Assembly (NCBI GenBank): GCA_013265495.1
Contig: MU058221.1
Span: forward strand, 2,170,001-2,234,000
DNA: 64,000 nucleotides
Origin: Vicugna vicugna
Lineage: Eukaryota
Direction of reading: 5' to 3'
Shown here: positions 51,801 through 64,000 of the stretch, in pieces
How positions within the stretch are numbered: the first letter of the stretch is position 1
Layout: each line of letters starts with the position of its first letter
Position numbers and translations under genes: made by a program
The notes under the pieces: model-generated
Database searches by the model: none
What the model saw: only the letters and a program-made list of their open reading frames with translations
What the model was told of the DNA's origin: nothing

Positions 51801-52834
51801 GGGTGGGGGTGCTAGAAATGAGTGGGACTCTCTCTCAGGTCCCTCCACTCCCTGCCCCATGCCTGCTTCTCCCTGAGAAGTCGTGATGCTGATGGAATTT
51901 AATATTTGGTTTTCATATGAAATTTAATTTGGGGAGAAAGAACAAACAGATCTCGTTGATAAGACAGATGTTGAAAAAATAATGATGGCCTTTGTTTAGA
52001 CCCCGAAGACATTTGTCTGAAGTCACCACAAGGAAAGTTCCTTGTGAGGCATGAATTATTTCGTACCTGATGAATGTGTGATTATACTCATGGATCTGAA
52101 GATTATGGTAAAACAGAGAAGCCCCGCCCTTCGCAGACAGGCAGGCACGTCCCGAAGCATCCAGGTGACTGCAGATTCTGTGCTTCCCGTCACATTCTGG
52201 CTGTTAGTTTATCCTAGCAGTACAAAGTTTACCCAAACAAGTGAGAATGGGTTGGGCCACCTCCCTCTCTTGGCCCTGAATTTCTTAGCAGACCCTGGTC
52301 CCATCTGCCACTCCATGGACGTTCATCACCAGCCACAGACGCCACACCATGCCCTGTAAGCTGAGAACAGTACGCAGATTACAAGGTGTGATGCCAGGAC
52401 TCTTGGCTTTCACGCTTCTCATCAGTTCCTTTAGAGATTGTCAGGATTTTCAGTTTTTAGCGTAATAGAAACATAACATCTGTAGCAAAAATAAGTTAGA
52501 ATGTTCTAAACCATCTTCAAAACATTTTATTTATCTATTTTCATTAGAGTGTATCATTTTCTTCCATAACAGCTACAGAGAAATTGGAGGCTGATTCTTG
52601 CACGGTGATGGTAAATTGAATCATACCAATTCAGTTTGGCAGGACTGACGCTTACTCACTTGCTGGGTAAGTCAGTGAATCTGTTTTTTTTTCAACAGAA
52701 AAAGAAAATGATAATAACCATGAGAATAATGTTTTAGATGTATATGAAGTTATTACCGTAACAGAAAATGCTTGCTGAAGGGCTACTCACTGGCAAGTGT
52801 GAGGGAAATTTTATTTCTTTAAAAAGAAAATTTA

Positions 52835-52941
52835 GGGGGCAGGGTAATAGGTCAGTGGTAGCATGTGTGCCTAGCATGCACAAGGTCCTGGGTTCAGTCC
52901 CCACTACCTCCATTAAGAAGTAAATAAACATTTTTAACAAG
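52835..52941 (+). mobile_element. tRNA-derived SINE, same family as 33749
   Basis: gggggcagggtaataggtcagtggtagcatgtgtgcctagcatgcacaaggtcctgggttcagtcccc; TSD aaaaagaaaattt (52821) / aaaaataaaattt (52942) at a ttt|aaaaa endonuclease-type site. Confidence 0.9.
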
Positions 52942-55559
52942 AAAAATAAAATTTTGAGCATCTAAAACTGGAAAAACATTATTAAGGATTTACTGAGTCT
53001 CTGTTATGTTTTGAGAGTTGTTCCAGGACACAGGAATATGGAGTCACGTGCAGTGAAACTAGTGACTTTTCTTAGAGCTCTTTAGTGTTGTAAAACTATT
53101 AAATCCCTTCCAAATAATAATAAAAAGCGGACTGCAAGATGGAAATCGGTAGATGCACGTCACGTTTAAAGAAAGACAGCTGGGCGGAGAACAGTGACTC
53201 CTGACAGAGGCGACCCTTGAGCCGTCTGGAAGGTGTGTCAGAATAAGGGACGTCGAAGACAGAGAGGCTGCGGGTGTGAGGGGCGAGCCAAGGTGAGATG
53301 CGTTATCTGAGCGTGCGTGGTGCACTCTGAGTGTGGTGAGTGGACCAGCCTGATTCGATAAAAGGACTTTAAGTAGAGACAACAAGGTCTGCCCGGAAAG
53401 GTTGAGATTAGATTACAAGGAGGAGAATTCCAGCGTGGGACGTGCGTCGTGGGTTTTGGTAAGGGAGTGCTGACTGCAGGTCTGCTGGATTGGTTTGGTT
53501 TGGTTTGGTTTTAGTGTGGGAGGGACCGGGTGACCCGCGCAGTGCTTGGAAACCGCCACCTCCAGCGTGCAGAGAGGCTTCTGCGAGTGCGTCCCCTGGA
53601 GGCCGGAGGTGGGAAGACGCATTAGTGGACTAAGAAAGTCCAGACAGAAAACGGTAGAGTCTGAGCGAGGGACAGGACAGTGGGAATCACAAGGACAAAA
53701 GCAGGTCCATGAAGAAGCATTAGAAGGAGCTTGATAACTACTACTTGTTTGTTTCGGAGGAGAGGATGGGGAGGAAACAAAAACACTGCTTTTATGTCTC
53801 ATGAGACATGTTTATTAGTTATTCAGTGGGCTAACCTGTTTCTAAGCTGAGGATGATCAAATTCATCGATGATATTACTTATCCCCCTAGAAAGAGCATT
53901 TAATGGTATTTAAAAGTCTGCCGCGTGTTGGTTTTGATCATGTGATGCCACTAGGTAAATACTTGTCTTTTTTACTCCTTATGATGTTCATACAGCAGAC
54001 CGTCAGAGTCTTTTGATTAACATTTACAGCTGCCTAAAGTTCACGGTGCGAAGCCTGCTGTGGTCCCAGCGAGTCCTGGGTTAGGCTCTCAGATCCCAGG
54101 GTCCGTCGCAGGTTAGGTCTCTTGGCCAGTGACTGACTCGTGAGCAGGTCATTCTTGGCCTGCATCTGCCTGTCGGCTGGTCATTCTTGGCGCAATGAGA
54201 ACCATCATCTCTTTGTTTAAAAAAAAAGTGGCCTTAAAAGAGTCTACTTACGTTTGTCTTGGGTTTATTGAATCTGAAGGGGTCATTTAACTTTATCGTA
54301 TGTTCTTTAATTGTGTGTCAAACATCGCGTGTTAGCGAAGGATCGCGCGTGGGGGATTTCACAACGGTTTCAGGACACGCCCCTTGAGAAACTCAAGGAT
54401 AGCCCGTAAGGGGGTCTGCAGCCGGGGGTTTCCCTGGAGATCGCTCTCTGCCCGATGACAGCTGTGGTTTCGTTGCCATGCAGTTGGTTGAGTTACGGTT
54501 GAGTTAAAGTGGTATTTCTGTTCGTCAGCAGTGTTCACGTGTATTTTTGGTACCGGTTATGAGCAGTTCACTCTCCTACACACCAGGAGGAATACAAAGT
54601 TGAATAAAAGAACCACTGTGTGTAGCTTCAAGGAAATCGTACCTTGTAACGTCCTGAAACACACTGCTCGTGATCTCTGATTTCACATTGCTGCATTTAG
54701 AACTTTGGGCTTATTCATGACACGATGGGGATGAAGTATTGCGTTGATTCAGATGTATCTGCTTCAGATGAAACTTGATACATTATTTTGCAAGAAAGAG
54801 CCTGTTACCTCCCGCAGGCAAAGTGATGTGTTTGCCCACTTTCCAATCAGACTGAGGCCGATTTCATTGAGCGCAGGTGAGATAGCTGATGGAGATGTCT
54901 CCTGTGGAAGGGCTTCATGTATATGCAGATTTACTTGATAGGATCAACCCTGTCTTCACGTAATCTGAAATCTCACTGAGAAATGCACTTTTTCCCTTGA
55001 CACCTTATCAAAGGATACAGTCCTACCAGTGCTGGACACACAAAAAAGGCAGTGGGTACCATATCCCTGACCTTGGAGTGTATATTATCTCTTTCATAAT
55101 AGTAATAGAAAAGACTGTAGAACACGTTATTAAAAGGATGACCTGTGAGTTCATAGGTGAAACAGTCTGATTACTACAACCCCAGATGAATTTACTAAAT
55201 GCAGACCATCTAAGGGTAACTTTATGTCTTCCTTGGTAGTGAGAGACGCTGGGTACTGGGGTTCCAGCGAAGCATTTAAAGCGTTTTTAATGTCTTTCTG
55301 AATAGCTCTCCCGGCGTCCTGGTGGGTTAGGGACTGATGAAATCATTGCATCCAGAAGTGGCGAGTGGACTGATTGCAGAGTAAGATTGATGGCAGTAAT
55401 CGCCAAAAGTAATCAGACGGCGGAGACTCGAAGCAGTGAGGCTGGAGGATACTTTGATTAGGAAAGACAGTGGGAAGAGGAGAGCTGTCTTCAAATATTT
55501 GGAGAATTACTATGCAAAAGAAAGAGAGGCTTACTCTGTATGAGTCCGAAAGTGCATCC

Positions 55560-56360
55560 GAGACAACGAAGTCAGGCTCCGAGTCAGGCTCGGTACGAGA
55601 CAGACGCGTTTGAGGAGCCGCGCTCGCCAGCCAGTCCTGTGCCCGGAGCGCCCGGGGCTGAGCCGCCTGGCAGCCGCGGGCGGGCCGCGGGCCTCCCTGG
55701 GGCGCGTGGCCGCCGCTCAGCGCGGACGCTGCCCGGGGGGCTCAGACACGAGGCGACCCTGCAGTGCCCGCGTCTGTGTTCCTGCAGGGCTTAGGCTGTC
55801 CCCGCCGCCGCGGCAAGTCGCCTGCCCTCGGACGCCGCTTGCCGGGCTTTCCTTGCAAATGTCGGGGGGCGCTGGGCTCTGAACGGAAGTGACGCTCAGC
55901 TCCGTGTTCCGCTCGCGTCCCCTTCTGACACAAACGCTTCGGCGTTTCCTCCGTGTGCGGCCGCGTCCGGGGCTTCGGCAGAAGGGCCCTGGCTGGCACT
56001 TGGCGGAGGCGAGGGCGAGGACCGCCGTCCCTTGCCGCAGAGAGGACGCCCACCGCGTCCCCCGGCCCGGGGGGGCTCCCGGGCGAGCCTTCGCCGGCGC
56101 ACCGGGCTCTCCCGAGTCCGCGCTTGTTCCCGGAGGCGCTGAAGGCTGCTCGGCGTCGGTGCAGCTGGGGGAACCTGCAGCCTCTGTCCAACAGGGATTC
56201 TGTGACCGTGAAGCCCCACGCCCGGACGTCCGTCTGGCTTTCCGCTGCGTGCTCTGGGTCTGGCCGCCGCGGCGGACTCCCTGGAGGCCGGGGGCCGTGT
56301 GGTTCTCAGGGAGTGGGGGTGGCCCTGCGCAGCTGTCCTCCTGAGGCCCGTCCGGCAGTT
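55560..56360. promoter_or_regulatory. Exon-less intronic CpG island (~800 bp)
   Basis: Dense CpG and high GC by eye; CGGAAGTGACG at 55884-55894; GC box GGGGCGGAGC nearby at 56593-56602. Function not shown by sequence. Confidence 0.7.
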
Positions 56361-59300
56361 TGTCTTCTGAGGCTGCGCAGTAACATCAGGTGGGACCCCT
56401 CTCTGGAGGTCAGCTCGGGTGTGACTCTTTTTCAAGCGTCAGATTAACTGGTACTTCATTTGAGAGATACATGGAGTGTGCTCCTGTTGCGGCTGGAACT
56501 CTAGACGGGCCTCTGGGACACCCCTGGGCTGTTAGGAATCCCCAGCAGTAAACATCACTTAGCCGTGCGGAGCCAGTCTTAGCTCCTGCTTTGGGGCGGA
56601 GCGGCGAGACTTGGAATTGGCCTTGTTATTCAGCGTTCATGTGGTGTGGCTCGTTAACTGCAAAAATCATACATGGTTCTTTTTTAATATCTGCTGACTT
56701 TGATCACATACTTATTTATGCAACTGAGTGAAAAATTTCAGTATCGTGTGCAGTGCAGCCCTGTATAACGGAGACAGAAATAATCAACAGTCTAGCAGGA
56801 CTGGAATGGCGCTTTGTCTGAGTCTGAGGACTAGAGCCAGGCAGACGACCTCTCCGATAAGCCAGAGGAACTGCTCCGGAGAAGCGTGGATCTCAGCTCA
56901 GCTCTATGCCTTATCACAACAAAGAGCATCAGATAGGTCAGAGCTGCATTTCGTCAGTATCACAAATCAGAAAAGAAAACTGATCCGCGTGTACGTAGCA
57001 AGCCAGCGTGGCCTCGGCACCTGGGAACGGAGTCATGTCATCAGAGGAGGGCCTGCATGGGCGTCCCGGGAACGCAGGCGTTTCATCTTCATTTTTAACA
57101 TGGACATTCTTCACCTCTGGTCAGTGCACTCTTTTCTTTAGTGATTAAAACAAATGTACAGTGTATGTTTGGTAGGCCGCAAACAGGCTGTTACAGTTAG
57201 CATAAAATTCAAGTTAAATCGACTGACTTCTCTGTACCTCAATATGTGAAAATTTTTTCCATAACTTGCCCCTTTTGACTGTAAATCTTTCAATAAAAAG
57301 CATTGATGATCAAAACACTTGTCCCTCAGTGTCCCTCACTGCCTGCCCAGCGCCCATCGTGTCTCTTGGTGCCAGGACTCCTTGTATTTTTATTGTTATT
57401 TTTGTTCATATACGTATAGAGAATTGCCTAGTTGTCCACATTAAGGGGAGACGAGTCAGGTATAATGAGCAAGCACAGACAGACGCTAACGGAGAAGCGT
57501 TTTACAGGCTGTGCATTTTATCGGTTATATTAATTTGCCTAACATTGCACATGTGCTTTTAACGACAGGCTTAAAGCACGCGTGGTCCATGCCATGAGCA
57601 GCTTGATTCCTAGGAAAAGAAGGATCCTGCATCTTCTGACAGTTACAATTGTCTGTAAAGCAAAGTGGACGTAATTGTCTGTTCCTGAGGGGGGACCAAC
57701 TGAACAGGCCATGTAGAGGGTGGGGTTTTGTTGCGTCGTGTAACCATGTTGCCTCTGGGAGGGGTTTTCTAGGCACGTCTCAACTCCTCCAGAGTTACTG
57801 ACGTGAGTGTGACGAGCAGTGCGCGTGACGGCGCCGGCGGCTCCCTGTTTAAGCAGCAGGAAATCTAAGGCCGCCCTTCACCTGCTGTCACTTGGGCTGA
57901 GGGGTTTAGGGGTGTCTGCTTACTGCAATGTTCTTTGAGGTCTCCTCGGCCATCTGACCAGTAGTGGCTGGTAGATTTGTAACCGTCCCCCTTTTTATGC
58001 ATTCTCCCACGTTAGGAACCAGAGTCTCAAAAGCTTTCGCCACCAGGTGTCTTGGCCTCTTGCTAACGTGCATCTCTTGACTCTGATGAGGAGAGAAAGG
58101 CGGTTCATCCATTTCCTTATGTACAGACGATGGGGAACACGACGCCCCACCAAGTGTGAGCCTTGTGTCTGCCGGCTGTGAGGACACATATGTGTCCATC
58201 CCAGGGACCACATGTGGGGACAGTGCTTGAGGGAGCCCAAGTGATGCCTCCCGGCGTGCTCTCACTGACAGGCTCACTAACTGGAAGTTTTGTCGGCACG
58301 GTGTAAACCGTGCCTCGCATCATTCTTGAAGAGTTCGCTTGAGGGTTTTTAGCCCATTTATATCTATTTGACTACTTGTGAAAATGTCATGCCAAGTTAA
58401 TTTTCTTGTTGACAGATCTGGTGACAGAGATGACGTGAGCTTGCTGGCTTTTAGTGAGCCTGGGTGAAATGAAGGTGTTAACTTAGTGCCGATGCCTCTT
58501 ACAGACGTGTCTGTGGGGATGAAACAACCTAAATGCGTTTCATTTATGAAAGATTAATCCTAGATCCCATGATCCTTTAAAATTTTGGGTTAGTTTTTTG
58601 TTACATTTAAAAATACTTTATTTGGAAGCGCTTGCTTTTAAGTCAGTTAAACAGAGCTCTTTTACAAGTTAATTTTGATAAAATCATCCAAAGGTAGAGA
58701 CATAGGGTAACGTACACACCGGCAAACATTCAGATAGAGACAGAGGCCTCATGTTTCCCTGCTTGAGTTTTAAAAGGCTTCTTTCCCCTCCTTTTTTTTT
58801 TTTTCCCTAGTTTTAAGTTGTACTAAGTGAGCCTGGACTGTAATCTCAGGGACTGTGGGCTGCGTTTGCATTTCAAGGACGTGATAAGAACTGTAGCTTC
58901 AAGCTTTCTCCTAGGAGTACTGTTGTTCTCTGACGGTCAGAATTTTGAAAAAAAAGATGTTTTTATGAAGCCAGCTCTATGTTTACCTGCATGTGCACAG
59001 AGAACAGTTTGGGAATGTCGAAGGAGCCCCAGCCTGGCCGTCCCAGGGCAAGGTGAGCACTTGCAGCATCGCTGTGCATGGCACCCGCTGAAGTTCCGGT
59101 GGGCGGCGTCCTGTCCGGGAGCCGGTCGGCTTTTGAAGCACAACTTCCTGCTTGCTTTTAGTTTTGTTTTATTATCAAGTACAAATTTTTCCAATTTTAA
59201 GATTCTTAAGAGAAAAAAAAAAAGTCAGCTAACCCAGTTGACCCCAAAATCCCTTCTGGGCCTCCTGCTCTAGGTCCTCTGCTGAGAATGTCCCCGTCAC

Positions 59301-61056
59301 CTCGGAGATGCACGGCACCCCCCTCAGACTCCAGCTCTTAAGGTAACAGCTCAACTAGGAGTCGTGGCCTGTGACTTAACACAAGGAGCCCCAGGTGTCA
59401 GGAAAGCCTCCCAAAGCTCCTGAAGGGGGCCCCGAGACCAGGGTGGGGGTCGCTCCAGGGGCCTGTGCCTGGGACTGAGCCCTGGTCCCGAGCAGACTGC
59501 AGGTGTCCCCAGCTGGGCTGTCTGACACCCTGCTGATGGCACCACGCGAAACAGTCAGTAAACAGTCTACAGTAGGAACAGAAACGAGTTCTGTTTGAGC
59601 CAAGCTGAGGACTGTCGCCCTGAAGACAGCTCTCAGGTAGCTCTGAGGAGCTGCCCCAGAGAAGAGGCAGGGCTCTCAGCCCAGTCTTACGTCTTGTCAG
59701 AACCACGAGCGACAGATGCCCAGACTGCAAAGCGCGGGAGCGGTGGCTGCCGTCTGGCCGGCCTTCTCCACCCTCTGCCCCCAGCGATCCCCTTGCTCTG
59801 GAAAGGTGCTGCCTCGTTGCCGTGCTCCAGTGAAGGAAAAGCACAGCGATGGAAGAAAAGAGAAAGCAACCGGAAAGGGGGGAGCAGGGGAAAAGCCGAG
59901 CTCTGTGCTGTGGAAGCGGGGATGGCTGAGTGAACTCGGCATTTGAAGACACGTCAGCCATGTCTCTTAACTGTGGACACCTGTCGGCCACCTGCGCTGA
60001 AGTGTCTGTGTGTGAGATTCTTTCTTTCCTTTTCCCTGTTTCCTTAGTTCTAGAGTAATTGAGATGAACCTTTAATTTTGATATTTGTTTTAAAAATGTT
60101 GTTCCAGCTTAAAGTAGTGGTGTAAGTGGGCCACTTACTGGAGTGCCCTGTGGCTGTGGGCACCATGAGCCACACCGATGAAAATATTAACATAATCCTC
60201 AGCATTGAGTGTAAGTAAACGAGTGACTCTCATTGCACGTAATTGCTGTTTTGAGGACACTGAGGTCACGTTAAGTTGAGCCAGGCCCATTGTGTATAGA
60301 ACAGCTGATAAACTGGATCGTCAGAGTTCTCATTAGATCACTGAGTTGCAAGCTTCAGAGTCAGTCTGTCTTCAGCCCCGCGTTTTTCCCGTTTCGCGTC
60401 ACATTTCATCCTGTGCACATGGGAAGTTCCCGCCCAGACGCAGGAGCCTTGAACGCGTCCCCTGTAACAGTGTGCGCTGGTCCCCACGGTCTCCGAGAGA
60501 GCGGGTGTGTCTCACTGGTCGTTAATATGTTATTTTTAAGGTACAGGTGCCACTTCAGGTTAGTTCTCTGCTACCGAAGAGGATTCCATGCACGCGTGTT
60601 TGATCAGCTCTAACCAGAGATTTCTGCTTCTGGATATCTTTGATATAATTATTATTGCATTGATAATATAATTAGCTACCTTTTCTCACTTCATAGGGCT
60701 TTTGGTTCCCATGTGAGCATCACCACCAGCATCCCCATCACCATGTTAGTATTTAGAGAATCACCTCTGTGTAAGGATTCATAGCCACGAGAGAGAAAAG
60801 GAGTGGGGCGAGGGACTCACATTCACTGCATCCCAGGTGGGGAGAATGTTCCATGCCGCCGCACTCAGCCTCCCTGAGAACGCTGTAGACTGGGGTCTGT
60901 ATCTTCATTTTCTCGGTGAGAAGATTGAATTCCATGGAAGTGAAGCCGCTAGCCTAAACAATGAGGCTGGAATCCAGACCCAGGTCTTGGGGTTCTGGGA
61001 CATGCATTCTTTTCTTTTTTCATTCTTTTTTCCTTCTTTGAATTTATTTTTAAAAA

Positions 61057-61763
61057 TTTTTTATTGACGTGTATCTGATTTACAATGTTGTGTTAGTTTC
61101 AGGTGTACAGCATAATGCTTCAGCTATACATACATACCTTTTCAGATTCTTTTCCATTATAAGTTATTACAAGATATTGCATATAGTCTCCTGTGCTATA
61201 TGGTAGGTCCTTGTTGTTTATCTATTTTGTATATAGTAGTGTGTATCTGTTAATCCCAGACTCCTAATTTATTCTTCCCTCCCTTTCCCCTTGGGTTTGT
61301 TTTCTATGTCTGTGAGTCTATTTCTGTTCTGTAAACAAGTTCATTTGTATTATTTTTTTAGATTCCATTTGTAAATGGTATCATTTGATATTTGTCTGTC
61401 TGTCTGACTTACTTCATTATTATAGTCTTTAGGCCCACCCATGTTGCTGCTGATGTCATCAATTCATTTGTTTTCATGGCTGAATAATACTCCATTGTGT
61501 ATACACACCACATCTTCTTTATCTGGTCATCAGTTGATGGACATTTAGGTTGTTTCCATGTCTTGGCTGTTGTAAATAGTGCTGCTGTGAACATTGGGGT
61601 GCAGGTGTCTTTTTTAATTAGTATTTTTACCTTTTCTGGGTGTATACCCAGGAGTGGGATTGCTGGATCATATAGGAACTCTATTTGTAGTTTTTTTAAG
61701 GAATATCCACACTGTTCTCCATAGTGGCTGCACTAATTGACCTTCTTGCCAACAGTGTAGGAG
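61057..61763 (-). mobile_element. LINE-1 3' fragment (ORF2 C-terminus + 3'UTR)
   Basis: Minus-strand ORF 61409-61594 reads [41 protein letters not shown]. Confidence 0.95.
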
Positions 61764-62347
61764 TGGAGCCCTGTTCTTTACATAGTCCCTCAACCCACTG
61801 ACTTTTAAACTACTTTATACTGTGTACTTTATAATTTATGCAGTTTTCATCCTTGGTCTGTATTAATGTTTTACCTGGTTTTAGTTCTTTAATATCTTAT
61901 GAGAATTATGACAGCTCGAACTTATCTCCAGATAACATTGTACATGAAGCATTTAAAGATCAGTAATAAATATAAAATAAAATTTAAGAAAGTCACATGA
62001 AGCAGTAGGAGGCACACCGCAATGAAAAAAGGAAGGTCTGTGTTTGAGGTTCAGGTCTGAAGCTGACTGTAAATTTTGACACATATTTTACTTAATCTGT
62101 GAAATGAGAAAGCAAGGCTACGTAAATTCTGAGGTCTGACTTTAAAACTATATCCATCTATACTCAAATCCTTAAAAAGCAGTCTTGAACTATTTTCATT
62201 TTGCCTGTTACCAAAAAGGGTTTTAAAAAGAGAATCTTCCTTCTCTGACTTTGGGTGGGTTTGGACGAAGAAGATGAAGATAATCGTGCTCTGACGGCAT
62301 GACTTCACAGTCACCGTGTCAGCCACAGCAGAACACCAGTAGCAGGG

Positions 62348-62383
62348 TCGCTGTGCTCGCTGTGCTCGCTGTGCTCGCTGTGC
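62348..62383. repeat. 9-bp tandem repeat (tcgctgtgc) x4
   Basis: Four perfect consecutive copies read directly. Confidence 0.95.
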
Positions 62384-62434
62384 AAGTGGTACATGAGCTT
62401 TACCCCTGCAGCTCTGGCCAGCTTCTGCATTGTC

Positions 62435-62788
62435 TGTCGTGGAATGAGTGTTTGTGTGCCCCTAAAACCCTATGCTGACTTCTCATCCCCCCGGCGCGAT
62501 GATGTCAGGGGCTGGGGACTTTGGGAGGGGGGACACAGTAGGGTTTGATGAGGTCATGAGGGTGGTGCCCTCGCGAGTAGAGTTGGTGCCCTTGTGGGAG
62601 ACGGGAGGGAGCCGCTTCCTGTCTCTGCCACGTGAGGGCATGAGGAGGCAGCTGTCCCGCAGCCCAGGGGAGCGCCCTCCCCAGAACCCAGCCAGGCTGT
62701 CCCCCGCATCTCAGACTCCCTGCCTCCAGGACTGAGGAACGAATTTCCTTCGTTTCTAAGCCCCCCTTGTTAAAGCAGCCAAAGATAC
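62435..62788 (+). mobile_element. MaLR MLT1A/B-like solo LTR
   Basis: tgtttgtgtgcccctaaaa...tgaggtcatgagggtgg...ccacgtgagg...ccctcccagaaccca...gcctccaggactgagga...taagcc follows the MLT1 layout as recalled. Confidence 0.8.
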
Positions 62789-64000
62789 TGTCTCCACTTT
62801 ACAGAGGAGGGAATTGATGGCCAAATACGTTAATTTGATTAGAGTCACAAGACGTGGTACAGGTGGGACCTGAGTCTAAACCTGGGTTTCCTGGAATTCT
62901 GAAGCCACTCTTCCTACATCATTTCAGCCTCACTGCACACAGCCCCGAGTTTCTCCAGTAGAGGGGCACGTAGCTCGGGGGCTGGCCGCCACTTCCCTGG
63001 AGAAATCTTGTCCAGCCCCTGCAGCTACGGCTTAGACACCGGCAGACACGACACTGTAGAGGGGAGCACGGGGGACGCTTCCTCGTTCCACCCCAAAAAA
63101 GACGTGGGATGTTTTGGTGGCAGGCGTGGAAGGGTCCAGCCCAGGGGTTTAAGTCCTGTCCTGTATTCTAAACATACTTACCGCTCCTGAAAAGAGAGAG
63201 ATTTAAACTAAATGCCACAACTTTTCACATGAAAAGACGAGTAGAAAATTTGGAATAGTTTTCCTAAGCGGTGCTTTAGGGTGAAGGATAAAAAGCCTCC
63301 CAGATGATCTGGACGAGGTCGTGGGCTGCAGGGATCCTTAACAGGTCCTGAACCGGCGCGTCCTGTGCTCACTGTTCGCCAGAGCCGGGGAGCTGGGTCA
63401 GCGCAGCTCCGTGATGGAAGCTGACCTCCTTCGCAGCCGGTAGTGACAGCTGTGAAAATGACGGTAACCACCGGCACTTTGCTGACGGGCCGCTCGGTGC
63501 CAGCGGCGGTGTGAGGGGCCTTGTGCCTGTTCCTTCTTTTAATTTTGCTTCCAGCCCTACTAGGCAGTCGCCTTACTTCTCGTCTCTGTATGTTCTCAGA
63601 CTTGCCTGTGAACGTGTTCCCCCATTTCAGGGCCCACACACCCCGTTATCCTGCCTCCTGGCAAAGAGAGTCCAACGCTTATTTTCCGAGTCCTGGATCG
63701 AGCTGATCTCATGCTCAGCCCTCTGGGGCCGCCTTGTTCAGTGTCCTGGTGAAATTCGGAACTTCACCTGTCTTTAAATGGAAGAGCCAGTGGTGCATTC
63801 TAGTTATGCAGAAACGTATGCATGAGACTCGTAAGTCTTTCTGAAGTGGCAAATGACCACCTTTTGAAAATTGCTCTTCTAAAATGTGTTTGGTTTTGCT
63901 GATTAGTTTTCAAAGGATGTTGATAAAAGACTGGCCGTGATGAAGAACGCATCTTACGGGGTTCTTTTGCCTTACAGAGGTTTCCTTTTGAGTAGCATAT

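Noticed and set aside
55540..56447. Several 84-179 aa ORFs in the CpG island
   Set aside because: Arg/Pro/Gly/Ala-rich in many frames at once, as expected from GC content; no recognisable domain.
39315..64000. Nested LRRTM1 gene expected antisense in this intron
   Set aside because: No long LRR-encoding ORF on either strand; it presumably lies beyond the window.
1..64000. CRISPR arrays, operons, rRNA or prokaryotic defence systems
   Set aside because: Sequence is mammalian intron/exon DNA; no regularly spaced repeat-spacer array or rRNA-like segment seen.

Overview
Mammalian genomic DNA from inside the alpha-N-catenin gene (CTNNA2, + strand). Three consecutive coding exons are present: 10297-10416 (120 bp), 13519-13785 (267 bp) and 39111-39314 (204 bp). 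All have AG/GT boundaries and are phase 0, joining into one open frame (VEEALEAVKN...RRQQ / ELKDPHCRDE...LNEFD / NKIILDPLTF...SEYMNN); from recall they correspond to exons 5-7 in human numbering. The rest is intron, dominated by short LINE-1 3' ends, ERV solo LTRs, two tRNA-derived SINEs, and old MIR/L2/MaLR/hAT relics, with one 66-N assembly gap. The repeat content (tRNA-SINE type, L1 3'UTR type, no Alu/Bov-A/PRE-1 seen) suggests a camelid, which is inference only. I found no convincing new gene system. The best leads are: a patchy CpG/GC-gain signature (exon 7 has G/C at all 68 third positions; CpG-rich repeats); an exon-less intronic CpG island with an ETS-CRE motif; unusual L1 insertion structures (exact 5' inversion, 3' truncation with TSD, close inverted pair); stop-free circRNA potential of the phase-0 exons; and an unexplained antisense 137-codon open frame behind an acceptor-like site. 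Repeat family names and human comparisons are from memory, not from a search.
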